Shown one piece after another: positions 26,598 through 36,311 of a stretch of DNA of 64,000 bases. Positions within the stretch are counted from its first letter, which is position 1. Every line of letters starts with the position of its first letter. The stretch comes from a virus. Its lineage: Duplodnaviria > Caudoviricetes. Both the position numbers and the translations under genes were made by a program. Under the pieces are notes generated by a model that was not told the DNA's origin, did not search any database, and was given only the letters and a program-made list of their open reading frames with translations. The stretch spans positions 54,245 through 118,244 of IMG/VR virus record IMGVR_UViG_3300047313_000057; one strand, given 5' to 3'.

Positions 26598-27602
26598 TCA
26601 GCCGTAGAGCCAGCTTGAGATCTTGACCAATTCGCCCGCCGCCCCCGACGAGGTGGCGATGAACTTGGTCTGGATGTTGCCCTGTCCGGTGATCGTCTGT
26701 GAGCCGGCGATCGTCTGCGAGGCATTGACGAGGTAGGTGCCGGTGCCGCCCGAGCCGGTGCCGAACGCCGAGACGTAGGTGCCCACGATCGGGTTGGTGC
26801 CGGTCGACGCGGTAAGCAGCATCCCGAGACCGATGGTCCCGGTGACGGCGGTCACCGTCATCAGGCCGGCGGTCTGCGAGAACGTCGCGCCGGTCACCGT
26901 CTGTTCGGGGATGTTGAGAGCGTAGGTCCCGGCGCCGCCCGGCGTGCCCGAGAGCTGCGAGATGATCTGGGTGCCGGTCGCCGCAGCGCCGGTGCCGCCC
27001 GAGGAGGAGATGGTGCCGCCGACGGTGACGGTGCCGGAGGCGAGCGCGGCCACGGTGAGGATGTTGCCGGCGATCGATCCGGTAAAGGATGCGGTCTGCG
27101 GCCCGATCGACCCGGTAATGCTCGCGGTGGTGCCGGAGACCGTGCCGGTGCCGATCGCCGACTGTGACCCGTTGGCGAACAGCACGCGGCCGTCGGCGAA
27201 GTTCGCGAACGCATACTGGCCGATGGTCGCCTGCGTCGAACCGTCGTTCTTGACCCAGAAGTCGCCGGCATTGAACACGGTGACCGGGAACCCGGCCGGG
27301 ATCACCATGCCGGCTTCGGAGAGGAACGTCGTAATCAGCGCCTGCTGCTCGCGGTGGACGATGCCCGCGGGTGCCCCCGGCGCGAGGACCGATGCCGTCG
27401 CGAAGTTGTTGACCTGCGCCGGCGCGTTGTCGGTATCGGCCGACGTATACGAGAGCCACGCAAAACGGCCGACGGTGACGCCGGAAGGCCCGGCGACGAG
27501 GCCGCCGGGGCCCGCATCGACGGTCGCGCGCGGATTGGTGCTCGCGAAGTCGCCCGCCACCGCGGGGGCGGGCTGCACGTTGACCTGATTCGGGAAAGGC
27601 AT
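26598..27602 (-). CDS. capsid cement/decoration protein with Thr/Gly-rich inserted domains
   Basis: MPFPNQVN..PAPAVAGDFASTNP...GDFWVKN...GELVKISSW; two GTGG(A/T)GTY-type inserts. Confidence 0.8.
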   Translation of the reverse strand: MPFPNQVNVQPAPAVAGDFASTNPRATVDAGPGGLVAGPSGVTVGRFAWLSYTSADTDNAPAQVNNFATASVLAPGAPAGIVHREQQALITTFLSEAGMVIPAGFPVTVFNAGDFWVKNDGSTQATIGQYAFANFADGRVLFANGSQSAIGTGTVSGTTASITGSIGPQTASFTGSIAGNILTVAALASGTVTVGGTISSSGGTGAAATGTQIISQLSGTPGGAGTYALNIPEQTVTGATFSQTAGLMTVTAVTGTIGLGMLLTASTGTNPIVGTYVSAFGTGSGGTGTYLVNASQTIAGSQTITGQGNIQTKFIATSSGAAGELVKISSWLYG

Positions 27603-27634
27603 GGCCTGGTGCTCCTCAAAGAGACCGGCCCATG

Positions 27635-27669
27635 AAAAAACCCGCCGCGCCGGGACGCTGCGGGCTTTT
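27635..27669 (-). terminator. intrinsic terminator-like hairpin
   Basis: cccgcagcg-loop-cgcggcggg followed by T6 on the minus strand. Confidence 0.65.
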
Positions 27670-27696
27670 CATGAGCCGGAGGGGTAAGCGAAAATG

Positions 27697-29808
27697 TCAG
27701 GTAAGCCGGATGCGACCGGCGTCGGGATAGCGGTCGAGGAACGAGCCGACCTGCACGGATTCGTCGGCGGCGACCCGTGCCGCAAGCCGTGGCTTGGCAC
27801 CGGGCTTGGGCTGCATCTCGAGGATGGTGCGCAGCGCACTTGCATGAACGCGGTCGACGCCGGGGACGCCGAGCATCTTGAGTGCCTTGCGGTAGACCTG
27901 CTCGTCGGAATCAAACGCCATGGCGAGGTTGCCCACCCACGGCTGGACGATGCGCTCCGCGTCGCGGATATCGCGCTGGATCTTGCGCTCGGCTTCCGCC
28001 GCCGCCCGCAGCGCCTTCTCCATCTCGTCCTGGGTGATGTACTTGCGGTCGCCGGAGACCTTGCCTCCGGGGGTGGGGTTGCCCTTGAATGCCGGGGGCT
28101 GGTCTTTCGCGGTCATGTGGTCTTCCTTCTCCTCATGTTCTTCATCGGTGGCAGCTTCGCCTTTCCGCACGGCGTCTTCGGGATCCTCAGCGGCACCCTC
28201 ATGGGCAGCGCCGAGTTTCTCCAGCTGCTCCTCGCCCTTGGCGTTCGGCTCGCCTTCGTCGGCCTCGACGGAGGCCGAACCGATGCCCATCATTTCGCAG
28301 ACGCGGGCGAAGTCCTCTTCCGAAAGCTTGCCGCGGAGGAAAGCCTTGAGTTCCTCGTTGTCGCCCTCGTCCTCATCGACGGGGCCTGCGGGCTTGGCAA
28401 TCTCCGCGCCGTTCGGCCCCTTCGGCGCGGGCTTGCCTGCGGGCTCGATCCCGGGCTGCCCTGCCTCCTGCCCCGGCTCCAGTCCAGGCGTCTCCTGCGG
28501 CTCCAGCACGGCAGTGTTCTCCATCGACTTCTGGATGCCCGGATCGACCGCCTCGTCGGCATCATCGATCTCGCCGCCGTGCGCCTCCAGCATGTCGAGG
28601 AATTCGGCGACCTCGCCCAGCGAGGTATCCCGGGCGAGCTTGCCGCGGCACGCCTTCTTGAGGGCCGCAGCCACCGCCGGCTTGCGGTCGCGCAGGTCTT
28701 CGGCCGTCAGGCCGCACAGGATGGGCCGCAGGTCGATCCCCTTGTCGGCGGCGAGCTTCGACCTCACGTAGGGAGCGAGAACCCCGATCGCGATCGCCGC
28801 GGTTCTCGTCATGGGCTTCTTCGCCATTTTCAGGTTCTCCTTGGAATCGCCAACCACGACGTCGGCGCCGGCCCTTCCTTCGCGGACCAGGGCGACGTGA
28901 TTTCCGACGATCGCCGTCATGACGCCGTCGTATTTCTCACTCTCGTAAATGCCGGGCTTCATCACCGGCTTGTAGTGGTAGCCGCAGCTCAGTTCTTTCT
29001 GCTCGCCGCTCACGATCGCCCTGATGGCGTCGCCGTCCCAGATCTTGAGACTGCAGCGCAGGAACGGCGCTTCGAATACGCAGTCCGATCCGGTCGTGCC
29101 GACCACATATTTCTTGGCCTGGTCGGCGTAGTCTTCGGCAAAGACCGGGACGTGCTGGGACAGGACGGGCAGATTGCAGAACGAAGGCGCGGCCTTCGCC
29201 AGTTCCTTGGGGTCGCGCAGCAGCTGATAGATGCGGCCGGGATCAAGCCCCAACTCTTCGGCGCCGGGGATTTCTCGACCGATGTAGGGGTTCACCCGTG
29301 CCGCGGAGATGTTGGTGATCTCGACGTCGAGGCGGCCGTCCTGGTCGATCTCGCGGACCGACGCGCGGTCAAGGGCCAGTCTTTCAAAAGGAACAAACGG
29401 AAGTTCCGCCAATTTAATTGCTAACGCTCTAACATCTACTGCAAAAGGAAAACCATGATTATCAAGATCATCAGCTATCTTTAGCAAAGCTGCTGAAGTA
29501 TTTACTTTGATCGCTTTCTTTTCCTGACTAATAATCCCTTGCTTAGCAGCCCTAGTGCGCAATACACCATAACTACGCTTCTCCACCAAAGCTCTTGTCA
29601 AAATCGGAGTCGGCACCGGCACGCCCCAGTAGCCGCCCACCGCGGCCTCCGTGCCAAGCACCGCATCGAACACGATGCCGTGCTCGTCCACGGTCCAGGC
29701 ATGCTCGACGGGCACACCGTCAGCAAGGACGGCGTAGCCCTCGACGTAGGTGCGCCCGGTCGCCAGCGCGTCATGCGCCGCGCGCCGGCAGGCATCGATG
29801 GCGGGCAT
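27697..29808 (-). CDS. DUF2213 prohead protease/scaffold with N-terminal transglutaminase-like extension
   Basis: [12 protein letters not shown]...[15 protein letters not shown]...ELSCGY...[21 protein letters not shown]; acidic scaffold tail; N-terminal YVEGYA..HAW..D. Confidence 0.85.
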   Translation of the reverse strand: MPAIDACRRAAHDALATGRTYVEGYAVLADGVPVEHAWTVDEHGIVFDAVLGTEAAVGGYWGVPVPTPILTRALVEKRSYGVLRTRAAKQGIISQEKKAIKVNTSAALLKIADDLDNHGFPFAVDVRALAIKLAELPFVPFERLALDRASVREIDQDGRLDVEITNISAARVNPYIGREIPGAEELGLDPGRIYQLLRDPKELAKAAPSFCNLPVLSQHVPVFAEDYADQAKKYVVGTTGSDCVFEAPFLRCSLKIWDGDAIRAIVSGEQKELSCGYHYKPVMKPGIYESEKYDGVMTAIVGNHVALVREGRAGADVVVGDSKENLKMAKKPMTRTAAIAIGVLAPYVRSKLAADKGIDLRPILCGLTAEDLRDRKPAVAAALKKACRGKLARDTSLGEVAEFLDMLEAHGGEIDDADEAVDPGIQKSMENTAVLEPQETPGLEPGQEAGQPGIEPAGKPAPKGPNGAEIAKPAGPVDEDEGDNEELKAFLRGKLSEEDFARVCEMMGIGSASVEADEGEPNAKGEEQLEKLGAAHEGAAEDPEDAVRKGEAATDEEHEEKEDHMTAKDQPPAFKGNPTPGGKVSGDRKYITQDEMEKALRAAAEAERKIQRDIRDAERIVQPWVGNLAMAFDSDEQVYRKALKMLGVPGVDRVHASALRTILEMQPKPGAKPRLAARVAADESVQVGSFLDRYPDAGRIRLT

Positions 29809-29809
29809 C

Positions 29810-30697
29810 TCAGTCGCGGTTATGGAAGTTGAAGTGGAATATGAGGCATGACAAATCGGCCCCGGATTTGCGGAACTCCGACAGATCGACGAGCACCGGC
29901 TTGAACCCCATCACCTCGATCGTGCGCTCCAGCCGCTTGCGGCTGTCGGCTTTCTCCTGACCCGCCTCGTCGCGCGGGATATCGACCAGGATCTTGTCGT
30001 TGAGCCGCACGCCGTTGGTCCAGCCGTCATAGACGCAGTCCTTGGGGACCGGAATCAGATCGAGCACCGCCTCCAGCTTCTTCACGTCCGCCGGATCGAA
30101 CACCGAGACCGAGGCCAGCGCCGCCTCGCCCGTGATCGGGAAGAATGAGCAGTCGAAGTGGTAGAGCTTCTCGTCGGTCATCCGGACCGGGATGACGTTG
30201 CAGCCCAGCTCTTCGGCCATCCAATCGTAGGTCTTGGCGTCGGTGCGGATGCCGCAGCCGCCGGCATAAAGGTTCCCGTGCAGGTACTTGAGATCCGCCT
30301 CGCCCTCCCAGAAATGCGGCGACTGCGCGATCCTGTAACCGAGGCCCTCGAAGAACGCCGCCCCGACCTTCTCCTCGCCGCGCCGCGGCCTGGACTTGAA
30401 GTTCGACAGTGCCACCGTGCCGTCATGCGGCAGGTACGCGCCGATGTTGGCGACGAACGGCAGGTCCTGGAGGTCGTCCTGCCCGTAATCCGGCATGACC
30501 ATCACGAGGGCATCGTCCGCGGTGAGCGCCTGGTAAAGATCGCGCCATTGCGAGAACGCCTTCTCGTAATCGTAGGGCTCGCCCTCGGTCTCCTTCATCA
30601 GCGGATTGTTGGCGGCGCGGTTGTCGACCGTATAGGGAAAGTTCATCATGAAGGCCGGCGTATCGAGCTGCGAAGGCAGCATCACCCGGTTGGCCAT
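29810..30697 (-). CDS. amidinotransferase/pentein-fold enzyme (DDAH / arginine dihydrolase-like)
   Basis: [48 protein letters not shown]. Confidence 0.85.
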   Translation of the reverse strand: MANRVMLPSQLDTPAFMMNFPYTVDNRAANNPLMKETEGEPYDYEKAFSQWRDLYQALTADDALVMVMPDYGQDDLQDLPFVANIGAYLPHDGTVALSNFKSRPRRGEEKVGAAFFEGLGYRIAQSPHFWEGEADLKYLHGNLYAGGCGIRTDAKTYDWMAEELGCNVIPVRMTDEKLYHFDCSFFPITGEAALASVSVFDPADVKKLEAVLDLIPVPKDCVYDGWTNGVRLNDKILVDIPRDEAGQEKADSRKRLERTIEVMGFKPVLVDLSEFRKSGADLSCLIFHFNFHNRD

Positions 30698-32757
30698 TTC
30701 CCCGCGTCCCGGTAGAGCCATATCTTGCCGATCCGCTCCGGCTGGAAATACTTCTTGACGAGGTCGATGACGGCGCGCGGATCGAACGCCGCACAGGAAA
30801 ACAGGTCGAAGTAGAGGCACCACTGGTCGTCGTCGCCGTGGAAGGTGATCGTCGATGTCGTGATGATCTGCACCGCGGTCAGGCCGCGCCCCTCCTCTGG
30901 ATTATCGACGCGGACCACGATCAGGTCGCCGATCGGCTTCATCTTGGTGATGGCGAGCAAATCTTTGAAGAACGCCCGCACCGTCGTCTCGTCGTCGATC
31001 CCCTCGTTGCACCCGGAAATGTCGAGGATGAGATGATAGCCCCAGTGCTTTCCGGCCTCTGACTTCTTCGGATTGTCGGCGACTTCGATCGGAGCTTCCA
31101 GCGTACCGGTCTCATCGCCTGTCATGAAGGCGCGGCCGTGGCGGAGCACAAAACCCTCGACCGAACGCGGGCGGCGCCGCGCCTCAAGTTCGAGGCAGCC
31201 TCTGACCAGTTCGTCCTTGGCTTTGGCGCGCTTGGATAATTCCTTTTCTGCCCCTTTCGACGCGTTCTCCTTCATCCATGCAAGCGTTTTGCGTATCGTA
31301 TCGTCGAACTCGGCCTTTCGCTTGGCTTCGTCGGGCTCCATGTTCGACTCGCGGCGCGCCGCGCGCACGTTAAGCATGTTCCACTTGGCTATCTCGTCGA
31401 TCATGCCCTTGCGCGTTTTCTCGCGGGTATTGGGGTGGCCCATGCCGGCCGAGATTTGCTTCATCGTTTCGAGGCTGATGCTTTTGTCCGCCTTCAGCTT
31501 CGCAAGCAGTTCATCGAACTTGGCCGGGTCGGCGTAGTTTTTGTAAAGCCCATCGATGTAACTTTGCGAACTCGATACCGCCGGTTTTGGCTTCGCCTCC
31601 TTTTCCGCCATCGGCTTCTTCGGTTTCACGCCTTTGTTGCTCCCGATAGGAGTCTTTTCGCTCTTGACCTCCCTTGTCGTTGCACTCACGTTGAGCGCAG
31701 CGCTCATGAGCGTGTCTTTTGGAATCTGCTCGGAAAGCTCGTTGATCCAAGCTGCCAAGTCTTCCTTCGTCGGCTCGCCTTTGAACTCGGCCTGATAACC
31801 CTTCTTGGTGAGCTCGCTGCCAAGACTAGCGGCAGCCTCTGGAACCTTCAGCTTGCGCCGTGTCAGCAGGAGATAGGAAATCTCCTTCGCAGGGCCGCTT
31901 ATTTCGGCCTTCGGAGGCTGCTTTTTTGATTTCCCTTTTCCATGCAGTATCTGCTGGAGTTCGACGAAATGCTCCGGCGACAGCTTGTCGCGAAGGAAAT
32001 CCTCAAGGGCCTGTATCTTCGCTGCTTGGCCGCCGCTCTTCTTTTCGGCCTTAGCCTTCGCGGTTTTCTCGGTGCCAGCGTTGCCCCCGCCTCCGCCGCC
32101 TGACGTAAACTGCCCGGCATTGCCCGGCTGCCCGCGCGGATGTTTACCTTCCTCCCAGTCGGCATCCGATGCGGCGAGAACTTCGTGCTCTTCATCAAAG
32201 GCCGCGTCTTCGCCGCGTGCGAACGATTCATCAATCGCCCGCTCGCCGTCTTCATTATCGTCCGGCGGATACCTGATCGTGTCGCGCACCGTATTGCCGC
32301 GATCCTCCCGGCCATCCTGCCCCATCCCCTTGATGGTCGAGACAAGCCCCGGATGCGTTGGCTTGGGCGGCGCCTCCAGCGGCACCCAGGCATGGCCGTT
32401 GTGCTCGCCGTTGAGCCGCGGCTCCAGCGCCTTCGGCACTTGAACCATGAACGTCGTATAATCGACGTCGGGGGTCGCGGTATGGCCGACCATCTTCAGG
32501 GATCCCGGATCGTTGATGACGATGCCGGTCTCCTCCTTGAGTTCCCGCATGGCGGCCTGGACCGGGATCTCGTGCGGCTCGACCCCGCCGCCCGGGATGC
32601 TCCATTCGCCCGGGTGATCGCCCTGGCCCGAGCGGCGCAGGAACAGCGCCCGGCCGTCAGGTGTAACCAGCAGGATGCCGGCGGCGCGCATCGCGGCATC
32701 GGCGGCCTTGCGCGCCAATGGAATGCCGGCATTGGCTGCGGTCGCTGCTGCGGTCAT
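30682..32757 (-). CDS. multidomain head-associated protein: Nudix hydrolase + KHPR motif + Lys-rich region + pyruvoyl AdoMetDC (SpeD)-like C-terminal domain
   Basis: Nudix box GGGVEPHEIPVQAAMRELKEETG; WGYHLILDISGC...QIITTSTITFH...YFDLFSCAAFD. Confidence 0.8.
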   Translation of the reverse strand: MTAAATAANAGIPLARKAADAAMRAAGILLVTPDGRALFLRRSGQGDHPGEWSIPGGGVEPHEIPVQAAMRELKEETGIVINDPGSLKMVGHTATPDVDYTTFMVQVPKALEPRLNGEHNGHAWVPLEAPPKPTHPGLVSTIKGMGQDGREDRGNTVRDTIRYPPDDNEDGERAIDESFARGEDAAFDEEHEVLAASDADWEEGKHPRGQPGNAGQFTSGGGGGGNAGTEKTAKAKAEKKSGGQAAKIQALEDFLRDKLSPEHFVELQQILHGKGKSKKQPPKAEISGPAKEISYLLLTRRKLKVPEAAASLGSELTKKGYQAEFKGEPTKEDLAAWINELSEQIPKDTLMSAALNVSATTREVKSEKTPIGSNKGVKPKKPMAEKEAKPKPAVSSSQSYIDGLYKNYADPAKFDELLAKLKADKSISLETMKQISAGMGHPNTREKTRKGMIDEIAKWNMLNVRAARRESNMEPDEAKRKAEFDDTIRKTLAWMKENASKGAEKELSKRAKAKDELVRGCLELEARRRPRSVEGFVLRHGRAFMTGDETGTLEAPIEVADNPKKSEAGKHWGYHLILDISGCNEGIDDETTVRAFFKDLLAITKMKPIGDLIVVRVDNPEEGRGLTAVQIITTSTITFHGDDDQWCLYFDLFSCAAFDPRAVIDLVKKYFQPERIGKIWLYRDAGKWPTG

Positions 32758-32861
32758 GACGGGTCAGCCTCGCGCCACCCTCGCGGCTCACGGAGGATGG
32801 ACAAGCAGGAGAGGGCGGCGGCGAGACCTCATCCGGCACCAAGGGCTTGGCCGGATCCCTT

Positions 32862-33143
32862 TTAGAACTTCTTGAACACCGCGAGATTACTGATGACATA
32901 GCGGCCGAGCGGGCCCATGCCGCAGCCGACCTGGGCCTCGAATCCCGCGAGATGCATCTCATCCAAGAGCGCGCACACCGGGCCATGCACTTCGGCCAGC
33001 CGCTGCTTGAACTCCGCGGCGAGTTCCTTGTCGGTCTTGCCGGGGACGACTTGAACGACATTACCGCCGTTGCCGCCTGTGTACGCGGGTTTGTAATCGT
33101 TGCTAGCGTTGCCGCTCGTCCCTGAACTAAACTGCTGCGTCAT
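32862..33143 (-). CDS. hypothetical protein
   Basis: GAGGA RBS. Confidence 0.55.
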   Translation of the reverse strand: MTQQFSSGTSGNASNDYKPAYTGGNGGNVVQVVPGKTDKELAAEFKQRLAEVHGPVCALLDEMHLAGFEAQVGCGMGPLGRYVISNLAVFKKF

Positions 33144-33265
33144 GACATCCTCGATGGAATTGACGGGACGGCCGGCAAGCCCCTTTGCTTGCGATTGCGA
33201 ACCTCACGACCGTCCCTGCTATGTGTCGCCGTTATCGAGGCGACGCCGAATTTCTCAACTCTTCG

Positions 33266-33466
33266 TCACGACATCCTTGATCCCATCGGCGCGTCCATGA
33301 CCCTGCCCCGGGTGCCGGCATGGCCTATCATCTGATCAGCAACGGTGCGCGCCTCGAAGAGATGGCCGAGCATCCGGTCGCGCAGCACGCTCTCAGGCAA
33401 TTGGCCCGCCGCGGTGATCGTCTCCATCAGGAGGTTGATGACGCGCTGCTGGATTTGCGTGGTCAC
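33266..33466 (-). CDS. hypothetical protein
   Basis: short ORF in operon orientation. Confidence 0.4.
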   Translation of the reverse strand: MTTQIQQRVINLLMETITAAGQLPESVLRDRMLGHLFEARTVADQMIGHAGTRGRVMDAPMGSRMS

Positions 33467-33605
33467 CGCACAAACCTCGCCGGTTCATTTCCCATAAAAC
33501 GTCGTTACGCAGTTCCCAGACATCTTCGCCATCGACTTCACGATCATACAGGCGCTCTTCATATTCTATCAGAGCTGCATCGGTCCAACCGTCCCAATCT
33601 GCCAT
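33393..33605 (-). CDS. acidic hypothetical protein
   Basis: TGATG overlap with the MuF stop. Confidence 0.4.
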   Translation of the reverse strand: MADWDGWTDAALIEYEERLYDREVDGEDVWELRNDVLWEMNRRGLCGDHANPAARHQPPDGDDHRGGPIA

Positions 33606-34438
33606 CACGTCAATCCAGGCACCACAGGCTTGCTCACGCAACGGCAGTTAACCAAAAACCCGGGTTGTATCCACATTTTTTCATCGGGATCCCACATGCC
33701 GCGCGCAATGTCGAACGTGCGTCCGTTCATCGCCACATGCGCCGGCCGCGGCGTCTTGCCGGCCGACGAATGCAGCCACACGGCTTCCGTGATCCCGATT
33801 TCGAGATGCCGCACCCGGCTCAGCGCCGCCGTGGCCTTGTTGGACTGATCGCGGGATATCAGCGCCGCCCGCCGCTTCGTAGCGCCGAATTGCCTCTGCA
33901 GCGTCTTTGCGAGATCGTCGAGCTTGCGCCCGGTCTGTACCGAACGCGCCACATGGCCTTCCACCGCGCGCAGGTACTGTTCCGGGATCGAGCGGATCAG
34001 CGCCACGTTCTGCTCGACCGTCGCCCCCAGGACGTCGTTCTGGGCCCGGCTGAGCCGGAACTCGACGGAAAACCCGGCCTTCTTCAACGCAGCCTTGAGG
34101 GCGGCATCCGACCGATCGGCGACGCTTTGCGCGAACCAGTCGGCGAGATCGTCGGCAAGGATCGAGAACCGGCGCCGCCAGCGGCGCCCGAGCGCGGCGA
34201 CCGTGCGCATCAGTTCGGCGATCGGGGAGTCGTCAGTCGCAAGAGACTGGGACAATTCCACGACTTCCGGGGGGTTCTTCTTATAGGCCGCGGAGAGCCA
34301 GTAGAGGACGCTGCCGTGCATCTCCGCGATGAGAGCGGTGAGCCGGCGGCGGTATTCGGACTCGATGCCAGCGTTGGCGCGGATGGGGCGGAGCGTCTTA
34401 GGTTTGGGGCGCGGCCTAGGGCGGGGCGGATTTGGCAT
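33605..34438 (-). CDS. phage head morphogenesis protein (MuF/SPP1 gp7-like)
   Basis: NVALIRSIP, RAALISRDQ, WLHS..GKTPRPAH...PG.LVNCRC. Confidence 0.9.
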   Translation of the reverse strand: MPNPPRPRPRPKPKTLRPIRANAGIESEYRRRLTALIAEMHGSVLYWLSAAYKKNPPEVVELSQSLATDDSPIAELMRTVAALGRRWRRRFSILADDLADWFAQSVADRSDAALKAALKKAGFSVEFRLSRAQNDVLGATVEQNVALIRSIPEQYLRAVEGHVARSVQTGRKLDDLAKTLQRQFGATKRRAALISRDQSNKATAALSRVRHLEIGITEAVWLHSSAGKTPRPAHVAMNGRTFDIARGMWDPDEKMWIQPGFLVNCRCVSKPVVPGLT

Positions 34439-34718
34439 TGGCCTCCGCCTTGGCGTCCTCTTCATTCGCGGCCACGTCCAGGAGCAGCTGCATCGCGATG
34501 CCCTCGGTGCGCCCGCGGTAGAGCCAGTCGAGCGTCAGGCCGGGAACGGCGTCGGCGAGCTTGTCGGCGACCTCGACCGGCAGCAGCACCCCGGCGCTTT
34601 CGTGCTTTGCCATGTGCGCGGCGGCGATGTCCAGCGTCTGCGCCAGTTCATGGCGCCCCAGCCCGAGAAGCCTCCGGATGGCCTGCAATCTTCGTCCGAC
34701 GGCTGCCCTGTCGATCAT
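34416..34718 (-). CDS. XRE-like HTH protein
   Basis: RLQAIRRLLGL...LTLDWLYRG. Confidence 0.65.
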   Translation of the reverse strand: MIDRAAVGRRLQAIRRLLGLGRHELAQTLDIAAAHMAKHESAGVLLPVEVADKLADAVPGLTLDWLYRGRTEGIAMQLLLDVAANEEDAKAEANAKSAPP

Positions 34719-34789
34719 GCCGACCCGATAGCATGACCGGACCGGGATGTCATCAGTACAACTTATGCGTGTCCTGGCTGTCGAATGCG

Positions 34790-35014
34790 TTAACTAGCCA
34801 ATTCAAGCCATCGCGACCGCGATGGGAGACGTGAACGACTTCCTTGTTGAGAAAGCTTCCGCATTTCGCGACGATAGACGATTGAATTGACGGAACGTCC
34901 GTCGATTTCACACTTTTCGACGCCGGATGGATACCGAACACGCAAGAACTCGTGGCCGTGTATAAGCTGATACGACTTCATAGGACCCATGATGACAAAA
35001 TACTTCTGATCCAT
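34790..35014 (-). CDS. hypothetical protein
   Basis: TGATG overlap. Confidence 0.4.
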   Translation of the reverse strand: MDQKYFVIMGPMKSYQLIHGHEFLRVRYPSGVEKCEIDGRSVNSIVYRREMRKLSQQGSRSRLPSRSRWLELAS

Positions 35015-35427
35015 CAATACAACCTCTCCACTTCGCCATCGAAGGCGTTGCAGCACGCCCGCGGCTTGACCCGAGCATCCAGCGCCCAGATCTTGGGAAA
35101 CGCCTTGTTCAACTGGCGGAACAGATCGCAGGCTTTGTCGCCTCGGTCAAACGCGTTGCAGTTCTCGCAGCGCACGTCGCCGCGGACAAACCCGACTTCC
35201 TGCTTGGTAAGCGCGCCGGTCGGGCGCACCCGCGGCGCATCCTCGCTGCGGATCGGCGGGCCCTGCACATATTCGATGCACGTGTCGCCCTCAAGGACTT
35301 CGTCGTTCGGCTGCAGCCAGTAGCAGCGGTCGATGTCCTTGAGCCACAGGACGCAGGTCTTGCATTGCGCGAACTTCGGTGCGTCGCCGACGGGCTCGAG
35401 GTAGCCGAAGGCTGAGCGGTCACGCAT
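35014..35427 (-). CDS. tandem HiPIP-like four-Cys domain protein
   Basis: CKTC..W...C...V...TC..Y and CENC..F...C...V...CC..F. Confidence 0.5.
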   Translation of the reverse strand: MRDRSAFGYLEPVGDAPKFAQCKTCVLWLKDIDRCYWLQPNDEVLEGDTCIEYVQGPPIRSEDAPRVRPTGALTKQEVGFVRGDVRCENCNAFDRGDKACDLFRQLNKAFPKIWALDARVKPRACCNAFDGEVERLY

Positions 35428-35824
35428 GGCCCAACGCGCCGGGCTGATCTTCCCATGTGCCACGTTTGCCGCTGTAGCGCGTTTCATGCGGTGCCGCGCT
35501 GCGCATGATGTACTGGCCTACCGCCGTCCAGATCATATTGTTGAAGCGCATCTCGTCGCAGACCAGGGTGCCACGATCACGCTTGCCGCCGCAGAATGTC
35601 AATGTTGCGCAGACGTGCCCCATGCCGATCGGTTCACGCTTTGAGGTATGCGTTGCCACCCGCAACAGCCCGTGCCGCCCTGCGAGCCGGTAGTACGTCG
35701 CCTCGCTCTTCATTGAGGCACAGACGTGGACGAACCCGGCCACCTTGAGAACCTCAGCGGCTCTCGCGGCAAGCAGCAGGCAGTTCTGTCGCGCCTCCGG
35801 GGGCTTGGGTCGCTTGCGTGGCAT
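35420..35824 (-). CDS. hypothetical protein
   Basis: SEATYY...LRVATH. Confidence 0.55.
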   Translation of the reverse strand: MPRKRPKPPEARQNCLLLAARAAEVLKVAGFVHVCASMKSEATYYRLAGRHGLLRVATHTSKREPIGMGHVCATLTFCGGKRDRGTLVCDEMRFNNMIWTAVGQYIMRSAAPHETRYSGKRGTWEDQPGALGHA

Positions 35825-35838
35825 TTTTCCGGGAGCGG

Positions 35839-35976
35839 TTAACCTTGATCTACCCCGCCGATGTTACCCTTGTTCTTGCTCGCGTAGAAGACCCGCTCGC
35901 CCTTCTCCGGTCCGTATTGCTCCTTCATCGACTCCATGATCTCCTCGCCCTTCGGCGTCAGCGGATCGGTCGCCAT
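35839..35976 (-). CDS. 45-aa conserved phage head-module peptide
   Basis: MATDPLTPKGEEIMESMKEQYGPEKGERVFYASKNKGNIGGVDQG; TGATG overlap; below the ORF-track cutoff. Confidence 0.7.
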   Translation of the reverse strand: MATDPLTPKGEEIMESMKEQYGPEKGERVFYASKNKGNIGGVDQG

Positions 35977-36308
35977 CACCTCAGTTTTTTTTTAACTCCC
36001 GGCGGCTGGTCCGACGTCATCTTGTGGTCGGTCTTCTTGGCCATGTTCGGAGATCCGGGCTTTTCGCCGGGCGGTTTGGAATTGCCGGAATCGCGCTTCT
36101 CGCCCAGCATCTCCTTGTTGACGCCGCTCTTGTTGGCGGCCGGCTTGAAGCCGGAGATCTTCTCGCCCTCCAGCTCGCGGCCGACCGAACCGGTCTTTGG
36201 CGCCGAGGTGAATGCCGGTTTGCCCAGGGTCTCGCCTTGCGCTGCGGGGCCGACGTCCTTGCCGATGTGGGGGCTTGCCCTGCCGCCCCAGCGTCCTGTA
36301 CCTGCCAT
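35976..36308 (-). CDS. basic low-complexity protein
   Basis: GGAG RBS; K/G/P-rich. Confidence 0.55.
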   Translation of the reverse strand: MAGTGRWGGRASPHIGKDVGPAAQGETLGKPAFTSAPKTGSVGRELEGEKISGFKPAANKSGVNKEMLGEKRDSGNSKPPGEKPGSPNMAKKTDHKMTSDQPPGVKKKLR

Positions 36309-36311
36309 GAT

